Assembly (NCBI GenBank): GCA_947085985.1
Contig: CAMTYL010000003.1
Location: 234,108-298,107 of the forward strand
Reading direction: 5' to 3'
Source of the DNA: an uncultured bacterium
GTDB lineage: Bacteria; Patescibacteriota; Minisyncoccia; Phycocordibacterales; Phycocordibacteraceae
DNA: 64,000 bases
How positions within the stretch are numbered: the first letter of the stretch is position 1; every line of letters starts with the position of its first letter. The position numbers were made by a program, and so were the translations under genes. This document shows positions 56,418 through 64,000 of this stretch, piece after piece. Below the pieces are notes generated by a model. It did not search any database. It had not been told where the DNA came from and was given only the letters and a program-made list of their open reading frames with translations.

Positions 56418-56447
56418 CACTGGGAAAAGACTCCAGAGTAGTAAGGG

Positions 56448-57542
56448 TTAGTTACTTTCCGAAGAGTAGTCCGCCACCTGAATGAGCTCTCTGCCGTACT
56501 CCTCAACAAGTTCACGAATTTCTGCCACTTCTGTATCAGTCCCTATCAGATCTTCGGACACACTCGCCGTACCGAGCGTTACGCCGATGAGGTTGCCCGT
56601 AATGGCACCCGTGCTGTCACTGTCCCCGTCGTGATTTACCGCAAGACGCAGCGCATCTGCAACGGACAGTGTTCCGTTTGCACATTGCAGTGCGCAGTAC
56701 AATGAAATCGCGAGTGCTTCCTCCGCTATCCATCCCTGCCCAAGAGCCTGGAGACTCTCTGTGCTTGGCTGGTGTTGCGCACCTTCTAGTGCTCGCTCGT
56801 ATAGCTCCTGTACGTCCGGAGCGGGGAAATACTTAAGCGCGGTTTCAACCGCTTCTCCGAGACTTTCACCATGGAGCACAAGTGCAATGACGACTGCAAG
56901 CAGGCCACTTGCATGATGAGCTATGGGGTTGCCATGAGTAATGGCAGCGTCACTTGCTCCCTGCTCGTACACTTTTTGTAAGTCTGTGCGAGTTGTGCCC
57001 TTAACTACGTTCCCGAAGAAAAGTCCTATAGGAGCTGCGCGCATCACTGCTCCACAACTTTTACTATCATTTGCAGCTGGCTCTGGAGGCAGCGGCATAT
57101 TCTTAAGCGCACTTAGGCACGTCAAACCAGGTGCGCGTGGACCCTGAGCGTATATCACTTCATGCAAATGTTTGCTTCCCCATTCTCTGTTTATGTATCT
57201 AGGGTTTTCTTCGCGTTGTGTCGTAAGCCACTGCAAATAGCTTTCGGCAGTATACGTCCAGTAGGGCGCGAGGATTCCTTTATCCAAGCCACGCTTGTGC
57301 GCGTGGATTAGTCCGTCGGCTGCAAATAGTGCCATCTGCGTGTCATCCGTCACTGCGCCCTTCTTGCCGTAGCAAACGTCCGGGTACTGAATACCAGAGA
57401 CCTTTTGTTCTACTCCACCGTACTTTTCTAGAATCGCGTCGAGCTTCATGAACTCTACAGCAGAGCCAAGTGCGTCTCCTGTTGCCCCAAGCAACAAGCA
57501 GGCCTGCGCCTTGTCTATTCTTGTAGCTTTGTCTGTCGTCAT
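56448..57542 (-). CDS. ADP-ribosylglycohydrolase family protein
   Basis: GDALG..VEF, TDDTQM, GAVMRAAP, THG, GDSDSTGAITG. Confidence 0.93.
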   Translation of the reverse strand: MTTDKATRIDKAQACLLLGATGDALGSAVEFMKLDAILEKYGGVEQKVSGIQYPDVCYGKKGAVTDDTQMALFAADGLIHAHKRGLDKGILAPYWTYTAESYLQWLTTQREENPRYINREWGSKHLHEVIYAQGPRAPGLTCLSALKNMPLPPEPAANDSKSCGAVMRAAPIGLFFGNVVKGTTRTDLQKVYEQGASDAAITHGNPIAHHASGLLAVVIALVLHGESLGEAVETALKYFPAPDVQELYERALEGAQHQPSTESLQALGQGWIAEEALAISLYCALQCANGTLSVADALRLAVNHDGDSDSTGAITGNLIGVTLGTASVSEDLIGTDTEVAEIRELVEEYGRELIQVADYSSESN

Positions 57543-57633
57543 ACAGTGGGTGAGATTATGAATATGGTCCCAGTATACCGTTTAACACCTAGGAGTAATG
57601 CTCTTGCGCAACTTTGGATAGAGCAAAGCAAAC

Positions 57634-57663
57634 TTGACTTTTGTCTATTTTGTGTGTTATACT
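57634..57663 (+). promoter_or_regulatory. Sigma-70 promoter (extended -10)
   Basis: TTGACT-18bp-TATACT with TGn immediately before the -10. Confidence 0.6.
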
Positions 57664-57743
57664 GTGTGTTGAGTCTAGTTCCTCGAAAACTCAAGGTAAC
57701 TAGCATCCACAAACGGCCTGCGGGCCATACTTGGAGACGTACC

Positions 57744-58931
57744 ATGACCAAGGCCAACATCATCCACAAGCCGTGGAAGTACAAAATGCTGCTTGGCGCA
57801 TACGTCGCCTTGCTACTCGTATCTCTTCTGAGCCGCACGTTCACCGGAGGGCTTGAGTGGCTGACGAAGAACGGCTTCTACAACGCCGACTTCGTCTCCT
57901 TCATGCTCATCGCTGTATTTGCTTTCAGTTTGAGAAATGTCCGCGCTGGTTTCATCGGTGGAATCGCGGTATTCAACCAACCTTCGATGGAAATAGGCAG
58001 CGGGTTGTACCTGATTGTGCCAGGCTCTGAGCTTGGTGTGTTGCCTCTACACGAGCAGAATGACCAGTTTCCGGCCGATCCTGATCTCATCAGTAAGCGA
58101 CCGGACACCAGCCCATTGATGCCAGGTGAGGTTCGCCCCATCCGCATCATGACCGGTCCGCCCGAGGCCGCTGATGAGTACGAAGTTCTCGGCGAGCGCA
58201 CTGCTCCCGAGTTCACCTTCAGTGTTCGTTGGAGAGTCCACGAAAAAGGATTCTTCGAACTCGCCCTGAACCTTCCTGGAGGGACTGACTGGAAGAACAA
58301 GCTTTTTCATGTCCGCAAATACATGCGCGACACGGCCGAGGGCTTGCTCAACCTGGAAGTCACCAGTCGGTCGCCGGCGAAGGTCGTTGCTGAGCAACGA
58401 AAGATCGGCGTAGAGCTTAAAACTGCGCTCGAGACAGCCTTCAAGCGATACGCTCTGGAGATCGTGGAAGTACTGCTGCAGTCGCCAGACTTCGGCGACG
58501 GCATCAACCACGCTCTCGCACGAGTCATCGAAGCTCGTGGCGAGGCCAAGGAAACCAGAACGAAGGCGGATGGCAAAAGCTACGAAACAGCTAAGCTGTC
58601 CGAAGGCGCTGCTACTGCTGCTGTAAACGCAGCCGAGGCTGAGAAGGTTCGCTTGCGACTGGTCTCAGAAGGCCAGAAGGAAGCGGATCTGAACGCTGCA
58701 ATCGGGCGTGAAGCAGCCCTGGCTGCTGAAGGCACTGGTCGTAAGAAGGCCGCCGAAGCTCTCGACATGGAAGGCGCTCACTACATGGCGCTTGAACAAG
58801 CCCCAGAGATTCTCGGGGATAAGACCGTCATTGTGGGAGCTGAAGGCGTTGCTCAAGCTCTCGGAATCGGTTCTGCAGTCCAAGCGGCTACGAAACCACC
58901 CGCAAGCCAGAAAGGAGGCACGGCGAAATGA
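57744..58931 (+). CDS. SPFH/band-7 domain membrane protein
   Basis: N-terminal TMs, GSGLYLIVPG, Ala/Glu-rich AEAE/AEG coiled coil; GGAG SD. Confidence 0.75.
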   Translation: MTKANIIHKPWKYKMLLGAYVALLLVSLLSRTFTGGLEWLTKNGFYNADFVSFMLIAVFAFSLRNVRAGFIGGIAVFNQPSMEIGSGLYLIVPGSELGVLPLHEQNDQFPADPDLISKRPDTSPLMPGEVRPIRIMTGPPEAADEYEVLGERTAPEFTFSVRWRVHEKGFFELALNLPGGTDWKNKLFHVRKYMRDTAEGLLNLEVTSRSPAKVVAEQRKIGVELKTALETAFKRYALEIVEVLLQSPDFGDGINHALARVIEARGEAKETRTKADGKSYETAKLSEGAATAAVNAAEAEKVRLRLVSEGQKEADLNAAIGREAALAAEGTGRKKAAEALDMEGAHYMALEQAPEILGDKTVIVGAEGVAQALGIGSAVQAATKPPASQKGGTAK

Positions 58932-59581
58932 GTTTGCTCATAAACATTCTTGTTCCGCTTGTCTGCGTCACCATCATCATCGCACTCATCATGCGCGCTG
59001 GTTGGTGGCAAAGGGCGACGAAACGGGAAGAGGAGGGCGCCAACCAAGCCCCTCCTCAAGCAACACCGACTCCAGCAGCTGCACCCGCAGCTGCTGGCCA
59101 CGGTGGCGGTCACGACAGTCACAGCGATCATGGCCCCCCGCCATGGTCTTCGCAAGTGATTGCTGTTCTGGTTGTGCTCTTCGTCCTCGGCGGCATCTCC
59201 GCCGGAGTTGTCTGGTTTGTTAACCGAGACGAACCAGCAAAGGAGACTCGCACCCGGCAGAAAGAATCGCGGGCTTCGGCGGACGCACAACGTGCTCCGT
59301 CTTCGGGCGAAGCAAGCAAGTGCTCAACAGAGCAGGGGGACGTCGAGGAAATCGTCGTCCCCACCGAAGGCCTCTACGGTCCCATCAGGGTCCCAAGGGG
59401 TCATACGGCCTGCTATGGTCCCGGCGACATCTACCAGAAGCTTCGTTTCAAGCGAGGGTACGGGGACACCCCGCCCAACACCTGGAACGAGGGCTACGGC
59501 AGCCGGCAGTGGGTGGCAATCATTCCGGGGGAATCCTCGGAGCCACTCACGGTTCGCGTTTGGACCGAGCCGCTTCGCTAG
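58928..59581 (+). CDS. Hypothetical membrane protein
   Basis: Overlaps the SPFH stop (ATGA), GGAGG SD; two TM helices and a His/Gly patch. Confidence 0.7.
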   Translation: MSLLINILVPLVCVTIIIALIMRAGWWQRATKREEEGANQAPPQATPTPAAAPAAAGHGGGHDSHSDHGPPPWSSQVIAVLVVLFVLGGISAGVVWFVNRDEPAKETRTRQKESRASADAQRAPSSGEASKCSTEQGDVEEIVVPTEGLYGPIRVPRGHTACYGPGDIYQKLRFKRGYGDTPPNTWNEGYGSRQWVAIIPGESSEPLTVRVWTEPLR

Positions 59582-59652
59582 CACCCTGAGTTTACTTCCG
59601 GCACATCCCGTGCCACGCCGCCCAACCCCTAACCGGGAAGGGCGGCTTTGTT

Positions 59653-59895
59653 TTACCCACCGACGATGTTGCGCAGGAGCGCAATGATGGCGTTAGCACC
59701 GAAAATAATCACCAGGCCGATGATTCCCCACAGCATGTGCTGTTGACCCTTCTTGCGCTTCTCCTCGTCCTCAGAGCCTCCAATAAAGAGAACGACTCCC
59801 CAGACAAAAATGACAAAAGCAGCAAGAGAGAGAAGGGTGATGATTGGTATCAAAATGGCGCTCTCCACCTTCGCGAGAAATTGTTCGTAGTTCAT
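59653..59895 (-). CDS. VirB2/TrbC-like pilin
   Basis: FVWGVV.FI...EEKRKKG.QHMLWGIIG. Confidence 0.78.
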   Translation of the reverse strand: MNYEQFLAKVESAILIPIITLLSLAAFVIFVWGVVLFIGGSEDEEKRKKGQQHMLWGIIGLVIIFGANAIIALLRNIVGG

Positions 59896-59964
59896 TACTT
59901 ACTATCATAGCAAACGGCCACGCCTGAAGCGTGGCCGTCCACAGAAGAAACCGAAAGCTGGTCT

Positions 59965-60333
59965 TTAGCGAGGACCGCCTGTAGTAGGGGCTACTGGGTA
60001 GCTAGGCACGTTGTTCTGCAGGCCTACTGACCCGGTAAGAATACGTACGAGTCCCCATACTGATACCATCACGAAGAAGCCGATAAGGCCCCAGAGCATG
60101 AGTGCACGACCCTTCTCCTTTGCCTCCTCGTTAGTTCCGCCGAGGATGAACACCTGGAACACGCCCCAGATAAATACGATAAACGCGAGTGCAAATACTA
60201 CCGGTACCGCAACGTTGTTGATGAGACCGATAATAAACTCACCTGCACCCTGCACACTTGTGACGGTTCCCGTCTGCGCGAATGCGATGAGTGGGAAAAC
60301 GAGCACGGCACCAATAAGACCAAGTTTCTTCAT
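59965..60333 (-). CDS. VirB2/TrbC-like pilin
   Basis: Signal peptide; FIWGVFQ.FI.G...EE.KEKGR.LMLWGLIG. Confidence 0.8.
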   Translation of the reverse strand: MKKLGLIGAVLVFPLIAFAQTGTVTSVQGAGEFIIGLINNVAVPVVFALAFIVFIWGVFQVFILGGTNEEAKEKGRALMLWGLIGFFVMVSVWGLVRILTGSVGLQNNVPSYPVAPTTGGPR

Positions 60334-60416
60334 AGAGGATAATTAGCTAGATACCCTTATAGGATAGTCTAGTGGTGGGTAACGTCAATAGAATAAGCAG
60401 CCTGGTGTGGAAAACA

Positions 60417-60845
60417 CTAGCGATTACACTTCGACGGGTCTTTGTCAAAACACGGCAAGTTTGGGCGCGTGTTGTTGTCGGTAGGAATAAGTGACTTAGC
60501 AAGATTCACCAGTCCCCAAATGGAGAGCATCACCACAAAGCCAATGAGTGCCCATAGTACAAACTTAGCTCCCTCCTTTCTCTTTTCCTCGTTATTAGCT
60601 CCAAGAATAAAAGCCTGGAACACGCCCCAGAGAAACACTATGAATGCGAGCGCAAACACGAATGGCACTACCACCGTATTAAGCACTCCAATAAATGAGT
60701 CACTCAAGTTCTGAATCGCACTCGTATTTAGCGCCCCGGGCTGTGGGGCCGGGGCTGGATTCTGTTGCGCTACGGCAACTGAGGCAGAGAGCAACAGCAG
60801 CGAGAGTAAGGCAACGTGTCCCAGTCGGAAAAAGAAAGTCTTCAT
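60417..60845 (-). CDS. VirB2/TrbC-like pilin
   Basis: Signal peptide; FLWGVFQAFILGANNEEKRKEGAKFVLWALIG. Confidence 0.8.
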   Translation of the reverse strand: MKTFFFRLGHVALLSLLLLSASVAVAQQNPAPAPQPGALNTSAIQNLSDSFIGVLNTVVVPFVFALAFIVFLWGVFQAFILGANNEEKRKEGAKFVLWALIGFVVMLSIWGLVNLAKSLIPTDNNTRPNLPCFDKDPSKCNR

Positions 60846-60894
60846 ATATCTATAAGCGTACCAGACTACCCTACTCTACTTCGCGGTTATCCCA

Positions 60895-61134
60895 CTAGCT
60901 AGGGAGTATACCCAGAAACAGTCTGACGATGCTCCACACAGAGAACAGTACGACAAATCCAATAATTCCCCAGAGCATAAAGACGCGCCCCTTCTGCCGC
61001 TGCTCTTCGCCGCCCATAAAAAAGAACCGCACCATCCCAATGAGGAAGAAAATAAAGGCCAGCGCGTACAGAAGCGGTATAACCGCTCCATCTACCAGGC
61101 GCGCAATACTGTTTACGAGGTCTGCGAACGTCAT
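60895..61134 (-). CDS. VirB2/TrbC-like pilin
   Basis: FFLIGMVRFF..GEEQRQKGR.FMLWGIIG. Confidence 0.78.
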   Translation of the reverse strand: MTFADLVNSIARLVDGAVIPLLYALAFIFFLIGMVRFFFMGGEEQRQKGRVFMLWGIIGFVVLFSVWSIVRLFLGILPS

Positions 61135-61135
61135 A

Positions 61136-61558
61136 CTAGCCGAGTGAATCTACTGTTGAGCGAATCACCATACCAATGGTTTGAGCACCCAAAAGCACCA
61201 GTCCTCCTATCACCGTCCACATAAGGGCGCTTCTGGCTGACCGAAGCTCTTCTTCATTTCCCTGGGCTTTTACAAACAGAAAGCCCACATACACAATGGC
61301 AAGGGTCAAAACAATGGTTCCGAGCGTTATTACTGCCTCAAGAATTTTTTCCAGGAATTCAGGGAGTGAATCAATCCCATCGAGCGGATTGGTGAGTCCT
61401 CCGCTGTAGCCACCAGGATTATCACCACCAGAGCCTCCCGCAGGATTGCCTCCTCCAGAGCCTCCTGCCGGCGTCTGCGCCAATGCGAAGGAGGCAAAGG
61501 AGCCATTGATTGCCACAAACGTCAGTGCGATGAATAAGAGTCTAAAGAAGCGATTCAT
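61136..61558 (-). CDS. VirB2/TrbC-like pilin with Gly-rich linker
   Basis: LTNPL, YVGFLFVKAQGNEEEL..ARSALMWTVIG. Confidence 0.8.
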   Translation of the reverse strand: MNRFFRLLFIALTFVAINGSFASFALAQTPAGGSGGGNPAGGSGGDNPGGYSGGLTNPLDGIDSLPEFLEKILEAVITLGTIVLTLAIVYVGFLFVKAQGNEEELRSARSALMWTVIGGLVLLGAQTIGMVIRSTVDSLG

Positions 61559-61567
61559 AAAGAGTAA

Positions 61568-62872
61568 TTAGCGAAGCCCCGCACTAATAGCTTGGTCGAG
61601 GCTGGTGACTGCTGAAGTAGCATCCTGACGACCGCTGGTAACACTACTTACCATCGTAGCAAATAGCGCATCAGTTTCAGATGGTGATGGGGACAGCCAG
61701 CCGCGAGCCATGAGCGCCTGTGGGTAGTATATCGGCTCAAAGAGGTTTCCTTCCTGCGGGACTAGTAGCGCACGCTGCGCTGGGGCCATAGAGAGCTCGC
61801 GTGCTAGTACAGGCAGGGTGTTGCTCTTAGTGAGTGCCATAGCTACCCGGAATGCCCCATTCGGGTTCTGAGAGGCCTTAGGAATGGCAAAGGCATAGAG
61901 TCTCCCGTAGGTTATGCGACTGTCTGTCACTCCAGGCTGTGGGATAGCCGTCATGTCAAAATCCAAATTGGGATTCCCGCCAGAGATAAGGGGTTCTTCA
62001 GACGCAAACCCTGGGTACAGGCTCACATCCCCCGCAAGGAATGACTGGCGCGCAGACGGGAATGCACGGTTCCAGGTGTAGCTTGTCTTAGAAGGATTTG
62101 CGAACTGTAGATAGTATCCAACAGCGGAGACTGCTGGCTCTACTCCAAAACTCTGCCCTACTTGGCGTGAAAGCGTACCGCGTAACCCGTCGTTACTACG
62201 CTCCGAAATTGAATACCCTGCCTGCATAAGTAGCAAGGACATGATTGCGCGTGCGTTCTCAATATTCTCGTACGTACCGAGCGAGATTCCGCTTCGCGCG
62301 ATGCCGCCCACCTGATCCAGCCGGGTCAAGGCCTGCGAAAGTCCTGCTACCGCTTCCCAGGTTGTGGGAGGTGTTGCTGCGCCCACGGCGGTTAGGTGCG
62401 TGCGATTGTAGTAGAGAACAAGCGGGTCAAGCACAAAGGGAATCCCGTATGCCCCCTTTCCGTAGAGGAAAAGTTCCGCCTCGGGCAAATACGTGTCTCG
62501 GAATGTGCGCGCAGACGTGGCGGAATTCTCAAGTAATTGAATCTTGTCCTCAACTCCCGCCAATTGCTCTTGAGAAATAAGAATCATGTCCGGTCCTCGA
62601 CCGGCAGCGATAGCATCGGAGAGGTCGCGGTCAAAGGTATCAACCGGGTACTCATAGTAGGTAGTTGCCTCTAACTCTCCGTGAGCATTGCGCAGGTTCA
62701 TAATGGTGTCCTGCACACTTCGCTCGGGCAATGTTCCCCAAATGGTCACTCGGCCAACCGGGGTCACTCCGCTACTAAATCCTTTAAAGTTTGCAAAGAG
62801 AAACAGGCTGACAAGCGCAATCAACCCAAACGCGACCATGATGACGATTTGGAATGGTTTTAGTTCCTGCAT
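61568..62872 (-). CDS. Extracellular solute-binding protein (family 1-like)
   Basis: N-terminal anchor, AAGRGPD, YGIP..LDPLVLYYNR, PPTTWE. Confidence 0.85.
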   Translation of the reverse strand: MQELKPFQIVIMVAFGLIALVSLFLFANFKGFSSGVTPVGRVTIWGTLPERSVQDTIMNLRNAHGELEATTYYEYPVDTFDRDLSDAIAAGRGPDMILISQEQLAGVEDKIQLLENSATSARTFRDTYLPEAELFLYGKGAYGIPFVLDPLVLYYNRTHLTAVGAATPPTTWEAVAGLSQALTRLDQVGGIARSGISLGTYENIENARAIMSLLLMQAGYSISERSNDGLRGTLSRQVGQSFGVEPAVSAVGYYLQFANPSKTSYTWNRAFPSARQSFLAGDVSLYPGFASEEPLISGGNPNLDFDMTAIPQPGVTDSRITYGRLYAFAIPKASQNPNGAFRVAMALTKSNTLPVLARELSMAPAQRALLVPQEGNLFEPIYYPQALMARGWLSPSPSETDALFATMVSSVTSGRQDATSAVTSLDQAISAGLR

Positions 62873-62898
62873 ATGTAGCTAATCATACCGCGCCGCGC

Positions 62899-63429
62899 CT
62901 ATGGAGCGGTGAACACTATGGAATAGTGATGGGGCCCTGCACGGAAGTCCTTCAATTTATGAAAGCCGCCAGTGATGAAGAGTTCAAGCGCGGTGTGTTC
63001 GGGTACCACGTGTCCCTTAGATGGCCCCATGCCATCGTAACTTCCCGCCCAATCAACGACCAACAGACGCCCACCGGGCTTTAAAATACGCTTAATCTCT
63101 GATATTGCAGTGGCGACATCTTCTAACTGAAACAGAATGTTAGAAAGTATGACAGCGTCCATGGATGCTTCCTTCAAGGTTGTGCCGCCATTTCGTTCAA
63201 TATTTCCCCAAATGGTTTCAACGTTCTTAAGGCCGGAGTCTCGCGCCGTGTTCGCCAAGTGCTTCAGAACTTCTTCCTGCACATCTATCGCGTACACGCG
63301 CCCGCTGTTTCCTACGATACGCCCAGCCGCAAGCGCGTGGTGGCCCACCCCTGCACCCAAATCAGCCACCTTCATGCCCTCACGAAGACCAAGCTGCAAG
63401 ACGTTTGAAAAAGGGTCGCTAAAGTTCAT
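62899..63429 (-). CDS. Class I SAM-dependent methyltransferase
   Basis: VADLGAGVG, VYAIDVQ, RILKPGGRLLVVDW. Confidence 0.9.
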   Translation of the reverse strand: MNFSDPFSNVLQLGLREGMKVADLGAGVGHHALAAGRIVGNSGRVYAIDVQEEVLKHLANTARDSGLKNVETIWGNIERNGGTTLKEASMDAVILSNILFQLEDVATAISEIKRILKPGGRLLVVDWAGSYDGMGPSKGHVVPEHTALELFITGGFHKLKDFRAGPHHYSIVFTAP

Positions 63430-63490
63430 ATATATATAAAGTAGCACAGGCCGCCCAAGGGGCGGCCTGTATCAACAGCAGCGCAAAAAA

Positions 63491-63847
63491 TTACTCCACT
63501 ACACTTCTTGCAAAGGTAATCGCACCGTTCTTGTGCAGAGTGACTGTGAGCGGATAGCCAGAACCAGTAGTTATCTCGGAGGTGATGTCTATGTCTTCTT
63601 CGCCTGGACGTCCATGATCGTACTTTCCTGCTCCACGCTCTTCCGCTGGTGAATTATTAAAGTCATCAATCCAGCGATCAAAACTTTCAACAGGAGTTCC
63701 TGTAGCCTTCATTGCCATCCATGTCGCTAGAGCACCTCCTTCTAGACTGTAGACGAGCGCACTCTGCACCCTCTCGTCAGGAGTAAGCACGCTCTTTTCG
63801 TATTTGTTTGTTGGGGTGGCGTAGCCACCTTCTATGCCGAAGTTCAT
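63491..63847 (-). CDS. Hypothetical protein
   Basis: Start re-assigned to MNFGIE; flanked by a terminator-like hairpin near 63446-63470. Confidence 0.6.
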   Translation of the reverse strand: MNFGIEGGYATPTNKYEKSVLTPDERVQSALVYSLEGGALATWMAMKATGTPVESFDRWIDDFNNSPAEERGAGKYDHGRPGEEDIDITSEITTGSGYPLTVTLHKNGAITFARSVVE

Positions 63848-63897
63848 ATATCTAAATCGTATCACGCTGCACCCCTCTACTGTCTCTGTTTTCTGTT

Positions 63898-63916
63898 TAC
63901 AAGGTTCAACCTTGTA
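63898..63916. repeat. Third copy of palindrome TACAAGGTTCAACCTTGTA
   Basis: Identical to 13658-13676. Confidence 0.8.
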
Positions 63917-64000
63917 CCACACCGGCCTTATAATACATAGTGCTGTGGCACGTAATTTTTCAATTGCACCAGAAGAGTTCTATCATGTATATAATCGCGG

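Overview
This is a 64-kb bacterial chromosomal window in standard code 11. The gene content suggests a Patescibacteria/CPR (Parcubacteria-like) genome, which is an inference from class I LysRS, a short IF2, arrays of VirB2/TrbC-like pilins, a VirD4-like ATPase and many apparently leaderless genes. Most of the window is housekeeping: lysS, serS, dnaX, topA, dprA, rel, parB, miaA, clpB, infB, rbfA, rpmG and alr. It also has a lexA-dinB cassette with a GAAC-N4-GTTC operator, a COG0523 GTPase plus nicotianamine-synthase locus with a Fur/Zur-like operator, and two pilin-peptidoglycan hydrolase fusions. There are seven intact tRNA genes. The most striking signal is non-coding. Five tRNAs (Trp, Cys, Leu-TAA, Lys-CTT, Leu-TAG) are each followed by a 160-400 bp structured element that carries a reverse-complement copy of its own host tRNA's 3' end, shared covarying hairpin modules and a distal direct repeat of the tRNA 3' end. 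In addition, tRNA-Gln is nested between fragments of another tRNA-Gln, and LAGLIDADG and HNH endonuclease ORFs overlap tRNA-Leu genes. Two tandem promoter-hairpin-terminator sRNA-like units are also present. No rRNA, CRISPR array or transposase/integrase gene was seen. All calls come from reading motifs by eye, and no database searches were run.
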